NCBI GenBank assembly: GCA_964016885.1
Contig: OZ024740.1
Coordinates: forward strand, 217,558,001-217,622,000
Origin: Eledone cirrhosa
Lineage: Eukaryota
Reading direction: 5' to 3'
Length of the DNA: 64,000 nucleotides
Position numbers and translations under genes: made by a program. Shown here one piece after another: positions 32,545 through 51,284 of the stretch. The notes below the pieces were generated by a model that saw nothing but the letters and a program-made list of their open reading frames with translations, had not been told where the DNA came from and did not search any database. The first letter of the stretch is position 1. Each line of letters opens with the position of its first letter.

Positions 32545-35500
32545 GCAAGTTTACCATTCTGTGTGTCCGCCTAAAACTAGCAAACTACCGGACCAAACTC
32601 CTCAATATTACATGTACATATTCACTATACACTCGGACAGGTAACGGTCGAAAAAGGTGTACTTTGCAAAGCATGGAATTCGTTTAAAATCAATTTATCT
32701 TATTTCCTAATGAATATCAAAAGAGATCATCCATTTTGTTTTTTATGTTCTCCAGTCTGTAGATAAGAGAGTGAGGGATGGGAAGAGAGAGAGTAAAGGA
32801 TGAGAGAGCAAAAGAGAGGGAGAGTAGCATATGGGAGAGAGAGAGTAAGGGGATGAGAGAGAAAGAGAGAGAGACTGAGTGGATGGGAGAGAGAGCAAGC
32901 GGATGTTAGAGAGAAAGAAAGAGAGTAAGGGATGAGAGAGAGAATAGGAGATGGGCGAGAGAGAGAGAGAGAGAGTAAGAAGATGTGAGAGAGAAAGAAA
33001 GAGAGTAAGGGGAATCGAAGAAAGCAGTATCATTTAGTGGAAGGTCATGAAGTCAAGTCAAGTGATACTATTGGGCGTGTTTACAATGTCCATTCCAACA
33101 ACAGAGAATGTTTTTATTTACGGCTATTTCTGCATACTGTTCGAGGACCAACGTCATTTGAGGATCTTAGGTGCTTCAGAGGAAAGGAGTGTGCAACATA
33201 CCAAGAAGCATGTAAACAGCATAGACTCCTGCATGACAATGGACACTGGAAGAAGTGCCTAAAAGAAGCAGCAATCACTCAAGTACCCAGCCAAATAAGA
33301 CAATTATTTGTTATTATGCTCACGGCATGTGGAATTGATGAAGCTCATCTACTCTGGCAGGAGTACAAAAACAATATGTCGGACGACTATCTACACCTAG
33401 CCCGAAGACATCATGGCAATATGTATATGGAATATATCCCCAGAATTTACAATCAAGCTCTCTGTGACGTGTCCCATCGAGTTCAGGCAATGAATATCAC
33501 ATTAGCTAACTGCGGGATGCCAGAGCCAGATGAAGAAATAGAGGTAGCACAAGACATTTTTCTGGAAACAAACTAAGATATTCAAGCGTTGCGTAAGTTT
33601 GTGGATGAAAATAAACCTCCATTGATGGATGACCAGAAATTCGCCTACCACAACATCATCGAAAACATTCAAAATGACAGAGGAGGACTTTTCTTCATCG
33701 ATGCTCCTGCTGGCACAGGCAAGACATTCCTCATAAACCTCCTGCTTGCAAAAGTTCGCCAAAAGCAACATATTGCCCTTGCTGTGGCTTCAAGTGACAT
33801 TGAAGCAACACTTCTGTATGGAGGAAGAACTGAACACTCCATGTTTAAGCTGCCTATAGATCTCACACAGCATAAACATCAAAACACATTTTTACAACAT
33901 CAAGAAGAACTCACCCAAGGGCAAGCTTCTGCAAACATGCAAGATAATAATTCGGGATGAAGCTACTATGAGTCATAAAGGAGCAATTGAAGCTTTGGAC
34001 CGGACGATAAGGGATCTGAGAGAAAATAGTTGCATAATGGGAGGAGTGACAATGGTTCTTGCTGGTGATTTCAGACAAATTCTGCCCGTAATTCTTCTAG
34101 GGACGCGAGCTGATCAGGTAAATGTCTGTCTGAAAACATCCTATCTTTGGCCCCACTTTCAGCTTCTGAGCCTTACAACCAACATGCGAGTGCACTTAAC
34201 TGGTGACGAAGGTGTCAGTGAGTTTGCCATCCAACTACTTAAATTGCGAAATGGACTTCTTGAAAAGGACTCCAATGACCATATTCAGTTGTCATTTGGC
34301 CATATCCTTGAAACAGAACAAGAACTGATTACCAGAGTGTTTCCAAACATTCAGACCAGGCAATGTGATCCGAAATGGCTCTGTCAACGAGCACTCTTAG
34401 CACCTAAAAATGTTATTCTGAAAGAAATCAACAGAAGGCTGCTGGAGAAGTTACCGGGAGAGAAAATATGTTACAAATCAGTTGACACAATCACTTCTCA
34501 AACTTTGTAATGGCACAAGACTCATCATCAAAAATATTATGTCCAATGTTCTAGAAGTTACAATCATGTCAGGAAAATTTGCTGGTGACAATTGTTTCAT
34601 TCCCAGAATACCTCTGAAGCCAACTGATATGCCATTTGAATTTCGAAGACTTCAATTTCCGATCAGGCTCAGTTTTCCATGACCATTAATAAATCTCAAG
34701 GGCAATCATTGAAAGTCGTTGGGTTGAATCTGGCAGATCCTGTCTTTTCGCGTGGTCAACTCTATGTTGGCACAACAAGGGTTGGGAACCCTGATTGTCT
34801 CCTCATTGTGGCACCACAGGGAAAAATCAAGTATGTTGTTTATCCAGAGGATTTGGAATGAGCAATGTCGTAATTCCTCATTCAATGACAATATACACAG
34901 ATCCTAATTCCTTAGTCATATAGTTTGCAAGGAATTCTGAAGCCGCAAGTTTACTGCATGGTGTTACTTTGGAAGAATATGCAGGCATTCCCGGTTACCT
35001 CTGCTATATAAAGTAGTATAAGTAAGGACTTTGTTGGGTAGAAATAGCAGCCAAATTTCCTTCAAATCCCACCTTACTTATTCAGGTATGTATATATGTA
35101 TGAAGCAAAAAGGAACGGTTCTATTTGATAACTCGATCTACTAGAAATATTAGCAAAATCCATTTCAAATCACAAACAACTGTCTTACACACACACATGT
35201 GTGTGTATGTATCTATGTATATCATGTGAGCCACTATACATGTTGTTATAGCTAATAGAAATAGAAAACAAATCTCCCTCAAACACGATCCTACTGCCAT
35301 AGAGACAAAGATTGGTGAAAGCTACAGTGTACAAATTTAAATACACTTTCCCCGAATTACAGAAATGAGTAAGTAAATGCTTCATTCAATCATAAACCAA
35401 TGCTAAATTTATTTTCTTATTTTATTTATGTTTTTAAAATAGTCTTGACATGTTGTTTGAATTTCAGAGGTTCAGATTGAGCAAAAAAAGAAAAGAAGAA

Positions 35501-35816
35501 AGAAAAGGATAAACAAAAATAATCTAAATGTATTTTTTTGGTCATGCCCTGACATACCTAATGATTCATCTATGAGTAAAGCATTATATATGCTGACTGT
35601 AATAGGGAGCAGTATTAAACAAAATCACCACTGGAAAAAACTAATATTTTTATCTAGATGATTTACTTTGACCAAACAACAATAAATATTCTGCTATAAT
35701 TCCTACTTTGGCTAAAATTCAGCAATCATATTTGAATGGTCAAATATTTTGTAATGTGTGCCAAATATACTGTAACTTTCATAAAATACCCGGGTATCAC
35801 CGGGTAGCTCAGCTAG
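32476..35816 (+). mobile_element. Degenerate Helitron
   Basis: PIF1-type helicase fragments at 33037-34861 (DAPAGTGKT, GDFRQILPV, LCNGTRL, TINKSQGQSL, GQLYV); 3' GC hairpin cccgggtatcaccggg then CTAG|T at 35813-35817. The 5' TC position is approximate. Confidence 0.85.
33037..34861 (+). pseudogene. Helitron RepHel helicase portion, broken by stops and frameshifts
   Basis: ORFs at 33037, 33589, 33968, 34482 and 34679 together give consecutive PIF1 helicase motifs. Confidence 0.85.
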
Positions 35817-35912
35817 TATATATATATATATATATATATGTCTATATATGTATTTATATATTAAAAAATAAATTGACAGTTACAATCTTTAGTTAATTCT
35901 TAATTGTGTTGT

Positions 35913-35943
<31 letters not shown>

Positions 35944-35946
<3 letters not shown>

Positions 35947-36885
35947 TTAAGATAAGCAGAACAAGTAAAATTCAATCAATTTTTCAAAATACATTAAAAA
36001 ATATAATATAAATATTTACCTCTTCTAGTGGCCCTTACTGATCAGTTTCGCTCTGTAAAACCTCATAAATCCGATGGATTTATGATGGAAAACCAAAGCT
36101 CATCAGAGAAGCATTTTCCCTTCCTAGGGCTAAACGTCCCAGGAACGACAAAATATACAACCTCCTGCCAGCTAATAAAGGTCTGAAAGGTCGTAAAAGT
36201 GACCCGTATGTAAACTGGACCGAAGTAAAAGCGGGAAAATCAAAGACTTGCTGTCTACAATTACTACTAAAAAAATAGCAGCCAAGTAGAGCAACAGATT
36301 TGTTCTCAACGGACGGAGAAAAAGGTAGAAGTTAATATGCCCAGGGATACTAGGTACCCCTAGAAATACATAGGTTGTCTATGATTCAAGGTTGTTCAAT
36401 GGTGTTAATTTGATACACCAGAACTTTAATATTAAGATAAGCAGAACAAGTAAAATTCAATCAATTTTTCAAAATACATTAAAAAATATAATATAAATAT
36501 TTACCTCTTCTAGTGGCCCTTACTGATCAGTTTCGCTCTGTAAAACCTCATAAATCCGATGGATTTATGATGGAAAACCAAAGCTCATCAGAGAAGCATT
36601 TTCCCTTCCTAGGGCTAAACGTCCCAGGAACGACAAAATATACAACCTCCTGCCAGCTAATAAAGGTCTGAAAGGTCGTAAAAGTGACCCGTATGTAAAC
36701 TGGACCGAAGTAAAAGCGGGAAAATCAAAGACTTGCTGTCTACAATTACTACTAAAAAAATAGCAGCCAAGTAGAGCAACAGATTTGTTCTCAACGGACG
36801 GAGAAAAAGGTAGAAGTTAATATGCCCAGGGATACTAGGTACCCCTAGAAATACATAGGTTGTCTATGATTCAAGGTTGTTCAAT
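35944..36885 (-). repeat. Head-to-tail dimer (485-bp period) with one hammerhead per unit, embedded in (TA)n
   Basis: 35944-36400 and 36429-36885 appear identical; 28-bp spacer. Confidence 0.85.
36031..36112 (-). ncRNA. Type I hammerhead ribozyme (second copy 36516-36597)
   Basis: gcttct CTGATGA gctttg...tcataaatcc atc ggatttatga...cagagc GAAA ctgatcag TA agggc; GUA site; short G.U-rich stem I. Confidence 0.75.
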
Positions 36886-36968
36886 ATATATATATATATA
36901 TATATATTAGAGAGTGAGGTTTTTTTTACAAAATGAAAAATAACCGAGGTGTCCTACACGAGTGGAAG

Positions 36969-37507
<539 letters not shown>

Positions 37508-38069
37508 AAGTATGCATCTAGGTACATAAATATATACATAAATAAATACACACAAACGCGCGCGTATATACACACATACATATATAGAAAGATGTTTGTC
37601 CTCTGTTATATGTAGCTATTAAGTGTTTGAGGTCCACCGTTTGACTGCAGAACCTGAAATCCAAATTCAGATATTTTGGGCGAGATTTCAATGTGTCATG
37701 GAAAAATATTTTAAGGAAAATCTACAAGAATTGTATTGAAACCTGATTGAAGAAATTACCATTAATTCATTAACATTTTCACTAACAAAGTATATATTGT
37801 CTAGTCTTGTGTTATAAATTGTTTACAAATCATAGTTGTAAACACAATGATTGACATGTGCAGCAAATTACTTTCAAATATAAATAACTTGGGAATTTGT
37901 TTCCCAAGCTATTGTAATATGTCACTGGTAAAGGTGGCACCCACATCTTCAAGGATATTTCGGGGTAAATGCTGGTTTCTTCAATGTAAAAATAAATTCA
38001 AAAGAAGTGAAAGTGAATAAATTAATGTTGTTTAATTAATTAATTCAGTTGATCACGTTGAACAGGGGT

Positions 38070-38077
38070 TATATAAA
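38070..38077 (+). promoter_or_regulatory. TATA box of copy 2
   Basis: TATATAAA about 100 nt upstream of the ATG; same in copy 3 at 63448-63455. Confidence 0.65.
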
Positions 38078-38172
38078 GCGTTCTTCTTAGACATTTGTTA
38101 AACCTGTCTTTGTTTCGAACAAGATAACGACCATCACAATTCTACAACAGGAAGATAAACTAACTGACCACC

Positions 38173-42376
<4,204 letters not shown>

Positions 42377-42577
42377 AGAACACAACAGGCTGCTTTCTGA
42401 TTCGGGATAATTATGTTTCTGAATAATAATTGCAATTTCTTTTAATAATAATTGCAATTTTTGTGAATAACATTGTAAATTTTGTAAATAATAATTTAAA
42501 TAACTTTTTAATAAAATAAACAAACATACAACAAAAATTTATTGTTTTCCTAGATTCTTCTTCTTCTTATTATTATT

Positions 42578-45347
42578 ATTGGTCTAATCAGACGACTTTT
42601 TGCTCGCTTCCGTAAGTCTCTTTATTTACCTGCCATAATTATTAATCGTTAAATTTTTGTTGTTGAGTAAAGGATTTAAGTCCTTGGACTTTGCCCTGTG
42701 AAGGGAAAAGTACAATATTTGGGCCTTTTGGCCCAAATATTCGAACCTTTTACATTTAAAAATTATCGAAAAAAAAAACATGGCTGAGCCATGCGCCCAA
42801 CGGTATGTCTTGCTGACGTGCGACAACGACGCAAAAGTTGAGAGGAGGGTTACGGCGAACACAGAAATTGATACAACAAACACCACCACAAACAACGTGA
42901 ACACAGACAGCAATGACATCAAGATTGAGAACACTAATTTTGAAAAAAATGACCACACAAACCACAACAGTAACAGCGACAACCAAAATACAGACAACAG
43001 AAAAAATGACAACAAATGCAACAACAATATTAACACCACTAACATGAAAACAAATAGCGACAACACCAACAGCAATGATACAAATTGTACCGAGAACAAC
43101 AACAACGGCAGAACCAAAGACACAACCAACTGCAACAGTGACAACAGCAACAACACCAACAACATCATTTGTAGCAACAGCAACAGCACAAACAACAAGA
43201 CAAGTAGCAGCAGTAGTGGCGGCAACAATGATGCCAATGAAAAAGGGACCATCTCTTTTGCAAAGGAGGCTCGCAACGTAGAAACGGTCCTGGTTACAGA
43301 GGAGGAGATGGCGGTCGCAAGACACATGGTAACCAGAACTGAACTTTCAGTGTCCTTGATACCACCAACCGAGTTCCTGGGGGAACAAGAGCGACGCACA
43401 GTGTCATACCGCACGATGGCCACGAAATCGCGTCGTGAGGAGAGAGTCTCGGAGGCCCAAATCCAGAAGGCCTTTGGAAATGTGTGGTCACGGAAAACCC
43501 ACATCACCTGTAGCAAGAAATATGCTACTGTGGACCTTCTTTTTGCTACCACCAGGAAGCAAAATCACACTCACTGAGGACCTTACGAAGTGATGACATA
43601 ATGTTAGTCCCGTTTTACTGCGGGAAAAAAAATTGCAACGGTCAGGGTAGCCCAGGTTCCGCCTTACGTACCCGTGCCTTGGCTGGTCGTGTCTGTACTT
43701 GCAGGTACAGAAGTGGAGGAGAGAGGACTGGTCAGGTATTGGAATGGAGATGCTTATCCCAACCGATCAGGATTGCATCAGCGCTATTCCCGACATTATA
43801 GACCTCTGGAATGGCTCCCAACTTCCCATATCTGTAGAAGGCAGGTGCCCAAAGTATTTCAACTATGGATCGAAGTCTCACCTCAAGGCCTTCTAGCCAG
43901 AGAAAATAACAAATGCGAAGTTTCCGCCGCCACACCCCTTCCAACGCCGGAACCGCTGCCATCAGAAACAGAGCAGTCAGCGAAAAAGTCAGGAGCTTCC
44001 ACAGAGAGTAGGAAGACAATGTCCGTGGCACCCACACCAAAGCGACGGACAACAAAAACAGCGACGGCAGCTGCTGAACAGAACCAGGCTCCACCATTAC
44101 AAACAACAACACGCTTTTTGTGGAAGGGACGTGCTCCCATGGTCAGACGATCCATTTGCTGTCAACACCCGTTGCGTGGAGGACTAGTCTTGCCGTGGCT
44201 GATGATGCGCAAACATGCGCTGGGGCTGCGACATCTCTGGTGCTTCCTTGACGGTGAACAGGTGTGGTCGCCGTTAGCCAGACGCGCTTTTACCCAGCTC
44301 GTCTTCTTGATGGAGCTGCAGTCCTGGATCAGGAAAAGACCGAGGGATAGCGCTTGGAAGCTGGAATGTCTCCAAGCGCTCACCACCCTCTTTCAGCTGG
44401 GCACTGATGTCAGTAGGACAGCCACCTCGGCGTTCTATAGCGGGCTAGTGGAAGTGAAGAGTGACAACGTTCTCCGGGAGACCCTGAGCGCCGAAGACGA
44501 TCAGCTGTTCGCTCTCTTCAAAAGAACTTTCAGCCCGGGGCCTTTGGACAACTTCCAGAAATCCTTGGCCTGGTAGTGCTACCGGGGAGCGTTGCCGGTT
44601 CGGGATAAGCTCTACAGGCACGGAGGTGCTGTCAGCCGAGCCTGTGTGAGATGCGCGCAGGGCGACGAAACCGCCCTGCACGCATTCGTTCTATGCCCGA
44701 GGATTGCTGACTTGTGGAGCTATGTCAAACAGTTGCTGTCGCGTGTGGGACATAACCGGTTATCGACTGAGTTCATTGTGCAGATAGCCCCTCCATCCTC
44801 CTTTAAAGAGGAGGAAGCACATGTAGTTTTCATCTGCTTGGTGGCCATGGCGAAAGAGATTGTGTGGTGGACAAGGTTAAAAGGGTTGAAGACGGACACT
44901 TTCCTCTGCGGCCAATCCCTGATTAACTTCTTCAAGTTTCACTTGAAGAGGAAAATCAGGGTGGAGAGGCAAGTGCTGTCTTCTAGTAAGTTTGTTGAAA
45001 GGGGGGTGAAAGTGGCGAGTGTGCTCCGAGAAAACGGACCCGCTCTGAGAATGCACCTGTAGACTGAGGAGTGGGACAACTGAGAGAGGGCGCTTGCCCT
45101 GGTAGTCAGGGTGGCCGTGGTCTTTTGTGTGGTTTTCGCCACGAGTAATCCTCGGAGGTTTCCCCCCTTTTGGGGAATTTTTGTTGTTTTAATTTTTAAA
45201 TTTGTTTTTATACGTTTCCGTCTTGTTATTACCTTTTTACACGGCCAAAACCCACTTTGTATCGTCCTGTACCGTTCTCAGCCGTCTGTATTGTTTTTCC
45301 TCATGTTAGCGCTTGTGGCCAATAAAGAAATCATTATTATTGTTATT
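42578..45347 (+). mobile_element. Internally deleted Tx1 subfamily B element (paralogue of 4875-7577)
   Basis: Same 5' end after (TTA)4, same ORF1/ORF2 deletion junction at about 44110, (TTA)n tail. Confidence 0.85.
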
Positions 45348-46957
45348 GTTCTTTGAGTGTCAGTCATTGATGTTATTTAACTGGAAAGTTTGTTGAAATG
45401 AATATCAAGCCGCTACCTGCAGCCTCATATATTCAGGACGTATCGGAGGGTTCTTGCTGTTCCTAGCAAGCATGCCTTTTGAAGTGTTCCAAAAGGCGAA
45501 GCTGGTCTAATCCTCTTTAACCATCCCTGGAAACTCTTTGAGATAGTACCTAGTGCGCCTATGACAATCGGGACGACCTTGACTTCATGGCAGTTCCAAA
45601 TCCTTTTTCCCTCCCACTTTAAGTCCTGGTATCGGTTAATTTTCTCCCTCTTCTTTTCTTGCACTCTCGTGTCAAATGGGTAGGCTCTATCTACAAGCAG
45701 GCACGATCTTTTTTCCTTGTCAGCCCTATTGTGTTCTAATTTCTGTATCCTAAAATCCTAAAATCCCATAGCACCTTCACCTGATTGTTTTCTCTCACCG
45801 ACTCTGGCTTATGCTCATATCACTTCTCAGGATGTGGTAAATTGTTCATTTTGCATAGATGCCAGTGGATCACCCTGCCTAACACATCCTGTCTCCAGCC
45901 TTTATAGTGAGTCTGTGCTAGGTGTTTACACTCGGATACAATGTGAGCCACAGTCTCCTCTCTCCACAGATCCTACACAGTGCGCTAGCCTCCTCCTTGT
46001 CAATATGGTGTTTCACCCACTTTGTTCTGAGGGCTTACTCTTGCGCAGCCATTAGCATTCCTTCTGTAGCTTTTTTAAGGTCTCCTCTTTTTAACCAGTT
46101 CCATGTCTGTGGATCTCTAAATTCAGTTTTCTTTAAGAAGGTACTATGAAGGGATTTTTCATGAAGGTTGCTCTTCCTCCTCGTTGTTATTTCCTCCTTG
46201 GACATCCCCTGGTCTATTGTCTTCTCCTTCAGTACAATTTTGAGCATTGGCTCCCCACTGTCAGTCACGTATTTGTGCAGGTTGTTTTTCTCCCTGTGAA
46301 CACAGTCCTTTATGCTGATAAGACCTCTTCCACCTTCAGATCTCTTTAAGTAGAGTCTATCTACATCACTCCTCTTGTGGAACATGTAGATAGTTAATAG
46401 ATTGCTAGTCTTCCTATCCATTTCTTTTTGATCAGCAACATTCCATTTCAGAATTCCCGCACTGTACTTAATAATAGACACAGCTCGGTAATTCACTGCA
46501 CTTATCACATTCCTACTATTTAGATGTGATTTTAATACGTTCCTTAGTCTCCTTATATACACAGATCTTATCAATTCCTTCATGTTTTTGTTCTTGATGT
46601 CATATTCCTCCAGAACACCTAAATATTTGTATCCCTCTTCAGTGTCAATTTCCTTTATCATCTCACCTGTTGGTACCTGGATTCCCTTGCTTCTGCTCAA
46701 TTTACCCCTCTTCATTAAAGGGACTCCACACTTATTAATACCAAATTCCATACATATATCATGCCCAGAGGTCTTCAAGGTGGCAGATAATATCAGACAG
46801 TTGTTGAGAAAAAGTATGAAGTCCTGGGAAACAGAGTTAACATCGGGTGGAGAATCCTTGGGAGGCGTGAAGATCAAGAGAGGTATCTTCCAGGGAGATA
46901 GTTTGTCCCCTTTGCTGTTTATCCTTGCCCTGATAACCCTGACCGTTATATTACACA
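45348..46957 (-). mobile_element. Degenerate R4/Dong element with inverted 5' segment (paralogue of 7578-9042, retains its 3' UTR)
   Basis: ORFs 45425..45664 and 46035..47105 (-); GIFQGDSLSP on the + strand at about 46880-46910. Confidence 0.85.
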
Positions 46958-48400
46958 GGGTCTGCTTCGGACCGGACCTCCAGATGGAGAAAAACTGGAG
47001 CGAGGTGACGAGCAAGGTGGCCTCCCTCAACCAGAAATGGGCTGAGAGGAAGCTGTCCCTGAAAGGCTGGGCGGAGATGGCGAATACGTACATCACATCC
47101 GTCATTTGCTACCGCCTCACCGACGTCCCTTGCCCCGACCCAACTCTCACCAAAATGGAGCGCCTCCTCTTCCGCTTTTTGTGGAAGGGACGCGCTCCCA
47201 TGGTCAGACGATCCATCTGCTGTCAACACCCGTTGCGTGGAGGCATGCCATGGCAAACATGCGCTGGGGCTGCGACATCTCTGGTGCTTCCTTGACGGTG
47301 AAGAGGTGTGGTTGCCGTTCGCCAGGCACGTTTTCCCACAGCTCGTCTCCTTGACGGAGCTGCAGTTCTGGGTCAGGAAAAGTCCGAGGGATAGCGCTTG
47401 GAAACTGGAATGTCTCCAGGCGCTCACTGCTCTCTGCCAGCTGGGCACCAGTATCGGTGGAACATCCACCTCGGCGTTCTATAGAGGACTAGTGGAGGGG
47501 AAGAGCGACGGAGAGATCCTGGGCGTCGAAGAAGATCAGGTGTTTGCTCTCTTCCGGAGAACTTTCAGCCCAGGGCCTATGGATAACTTCCAAAAATCTC
47601 TGGCCTGGAAGTGCCACCGGGGAGCGTTGCCGGTTCGAGATAAGCTCTACAGGCACGGAAGTGCCGTCAGCCGAGCCTGTTCGAGATGCGCGCACAGCGA
47701 CGAAACCGTCGTCCACGCACTCGTTCAGTGCCCGAGCATTGCTGACTTGTGTAGCTATGTCGAACAGTTGCTGTCGCGTGTAGGACTGATCCGTTTATCG
47801 ACTGAGTCCATTGTGCAGATGGTCTCGCCGTCTTCCTTCGAGGAGGAAGGGCAGGCGCTTTTCATCCGCCTGGTGGTCATGGCGAAAGAGATTGTGTGGT
47901 GGACAAAGTTGAAAGGATTAAAGACAAACAATTTCCTCTTCGACGAATCCCTAATTAACTTTTTCAAGTTTCACTTGAAGAGGAAAATCAGGGTGGAGAG
48001 GCAAGTGCTGCCTTCTAGCAAGTTTGTTGAAAGGTGGGTGAATGTAGCGAGAATGGTCCGAGTGAACGGGACCGCTCTGAATATACGCCTGTAGTTTGAG
48101 AGATGGAAACATTGAGAGAGGGCGCTTGCCCATGTGGTCAGAGTGGCCGTGGTCTTTTGTGTGGTTTTCGCCACGCGTAACCCTCGGAGGTTTCCCTCCT
48201 ATTGGGGAATTTTTCATTGTTTCAATTTTCATTTTTATTGTTTATATATATATATGTTTCTATGTCTTTTTCTTTTCTTATATAAATAATAAAATCTTTA
48301 CACGAACAAAACCCATATCGTACCGTCCTGTACCGTCCTGTGGCGTCTGTAATGTTTTTCTTCATGTCAGCCCTTGTGGCCAATAAAGAAATCATTATTA

Positions 48401-48444
<44 letters not shown>
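46958..48444 (+). mobile_element. 5'-truncated Tx1 element (paralogue of 9043-10513)
   Basis: ORF 47237..48094; (TTA)n tail. Confidence 0.85.
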
Positions 48445-48445
<1 letters not shown>

Positions 48446-48549
48446 CTGGGGGAAGAGTCTTCAAACACTCCTTCCAGCGGGTTCTTTTAGAAGCAACCTT
48501 CTCCAGCTGGATATATAAAGTATATATATATATAAGTATATATTTATAC

Positions 48550-48580
<31 letters not shown>

Positions 48581-48605
48581 CGTATATATATACACATATA
48601 TATAA

Positions 48606-48668
<63 letters not shown>

Positions 48669-49116
48669 TATATTTGTGAAATGGGTAGTGGTTGAAATTG
48701 AATTGTGCATGGTTAAATGGTAGTAGACGTGGTCAGACGGACATGAAAATTTACACACCTATGTAAAAAGTGCCAAGGAAGCAAATAGACGAGGTTTCAA
48801 ATCTCTAACTTGAAAAATGTGGTCCCTGGGGCCCCAAAACTATCGCGTTCGGTGAGTTATTTCCCCCTTGTTCTAATACTTTTGTCTTATTTACAATTTC
48901 ATCATCCTTCTACATTTAACGATCATACAGTACCGTTTTATGAAATCGATTCTGCAGTACGGTCACTGTTTTCCATCAAAAGAAATAAAACCCTCGGCGA
49001 TACTTGGTTTTAGTGTCCTAAATTATCATCATCGACATTCAATTATTAGCTCCACCCACTACACGATACGTCACGAAGGTAAATGTTTCGAAAAAATTTT
49101 AAACTGTATATCTCAA

Positions 49117-49328
49117 CAATATATTGTTTAAAGAAATTTTTTTTCTGTTGTTAAAAACTGTAAATCTGTTAAAAAAAAAAATGTATTTCGCAGCAATTTT
49201 TTTCTGTTAAAAACTGTAAATAAATATTCATGTAAAAATGAAGCATAGTGTTTCGGTTAAATACATTTTTCTTTTAACAGATTTACAGTTTTAAACAAGA
49301 GAAAAAAATTTCTTTAAACAATATATTG
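49117..49328. repeat. AT-rich inverted repeat with arms of about 70 bp
   Basis: caatatattgtttaaagaaa...ctgtaaatctgttaaaa versus ttttaacagatttacag...tttctttaaacaatatattg. Confidence 0.7.
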
Positions 49329-49929
49329 TTGCGATATACATTTTAACATTTTTTACGCAGAAGTAAATATTTCGAGAAACGTTGCAACCGAACGAAAACA
49401 GGAAGACGATATTTTGGTTCGTGAAGACGTTCCCTGGCAATGAATAGGAAAAAAGCGAGGATAATACGTCGTTATGTGGATCGTGAAGAACAATTTCATG
49501 CAAAGACAAGACCAAGTTTATGGTATAAATGGAGTCGTTAGACTAATATTCTATTTAAAATAACAGAATGATTTCCAGCCCCGGAGTTTAAGAATGATGT
49601 AAATAAAATTGAAAACGAAAATGACAGAGGTTATTAAAATAGTAAAAGTAAATAGTGAAGATTTAGGCCAGTACATACGTATGCCCCGACGGACATACAC
49701 ATACATACGCACACACAAATACACAGACACACACGAACGCACGCGCGTATGTATAAATCTTATGCATTTCTACAGTATTTTCACCAAACTTAAGACATAG
49801 GTTACTTATGTACTCCGGATGGTCATGGGCACTTTCATTTTTCCAGATATTGATTATAGGGCCTCCCGGCAGATAACCCACTTTAACCACTTCCTTAGAG
49901 TCGACTGAAGCACTGCAGTGCAATGCAAC

Positions 49930-50183
49930 AAGACGTCATAACTTCTGGAGTTCGCAACCGATTTTCACAAAACTTGACATATGGGCTACGTTTGTCCTAC
50001 ATATGAATGTGAACTCTCAGAATTGGCACATATTGGGTAGGGGACCCCTGGGGCAGGAACCCCCTTTTGGAAAAAGCCGATGATTTTGTAAAAGTATAGA
50101 TTTCAAAGCACCACTGAAGTATTGACATAAATGGTATACACAACTGCTATTTAATATCCGAGCAACGCCGGGTACCTCTGCTA

Positions 50184-50184
<1 letters not shown>
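49930..50184 (+). mobile_element. 3' end of a non-autonomous Helitron
   Basis: ccgagcaacgccggg hairpin-like motif followed by CTAG|T at 50181-50185; 5' extent not determined. Confidence 0.6.
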
Positions 50185-50246
<62 letters not shown>

Positions 50247-50331
50247 TATATATATATATAAGTATATATATATATTTCGTTTCTGAATTTGTTTAGCAAG
50301 ATTCTTTATCTGAAAACGTGTGTTGAAACCG

Positions 50332-50789
50332 ATATTGTTATACTTTGGGAGGGTCATGTTGCCAATAAGAAACACACGCACCAGTTGCTTTCACTTCAAT
50401 TTATTATAAATTAAATTTATAAATTTAAGAATTTATAAATTTACGGTTGGTTGGTTGGTTCTACAACCAGACGATTGTTCATATATTGTCAAAGTTCTTT
50501 CGTCACACATTCTGTGACCTCTTCAGTGACTGGGGATTCTTTTCTTTGTTTTTGTGCCTCTCCTTTGTTCTGTCCTACGCCATCTTGATGGCGTAGGACA
50601 GAACAACGGAGGTCACAGAATGTGTGACGAAAGAACTTTGACAATATATGAACAATCGTCTGGTTGTGGAACCAACCAACCAACCGGATATTTATTAATT
50701 CCTAAATTTATCAATTTAATTTATAATAAATTGAAGTGAATTTACTGGTGCGTGTGTTTCTTATTGGCAACATGACCGTCCCAAAGTAT

Positions 50790-50797
<8 letters not shown>
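50332..50797. mobile_element. Inverted pseudo-LTR-like repeat with internal 20-bp hairpin and hammerhead-like fold
   Basis: Arms about 50332-50521 and 50609-50797; hairpin 50565-50606. Minus strand 50488-50530 reads gtca CTGAAGA g gtcaca gaatg tgtgac GAAA gaac TT tgac (one extra core base). Confidence 0.6.
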
Positions 50798-50830
<33 letters not shown>

Positions 50831-51027
50831 ATGTAATCTGAGTAATAATATTCGATTCGTTTCCAATTATGCAAACAGCCTCTTTAAAGTCATGTCAGTA
50901 GAATGACCCCACTATTCTTGCTCATAGAGGACTAACACCACTCTCTGGATCTGAACATTTCAACGAATTAACAAGGTAAATATTATTCCAACATTATGTT
51001 TTCGTGTTTTTTCTGTTCAAGTTCTAA

Positions 51028-51084
51028 CTGCCTGATGAGGTCGTAGCTGTTGAAAAATGGCTATCACTTAAATATATATAGCAG
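51028..51084 (+). ncRNA. Degenerate hammerhead (G12 changed to U, probably inactive)
   Basis: ctgc CTGATGA ggtcgtagctgtt..aatggctatcact TAAA tatata TA gcag. Confidence 0.55.
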
Positions 51085-51236
51085 CGAATATGAATATGAA
51101 TAAACGAAACTAATTTTAACCTGTTGACTTACACTTCTTGTTTTTACATTACTCCGGAGTAAACAGACCAAGCTGCGCACTCGTTAAGTGCTCCAGCTTT
51201 CATACTGAAGTGTCAGTAAACAACTAACACATACTC

Positions 51237-51279
<43 letters not shown>

Positions 51280-51284
<5 letters not shown>

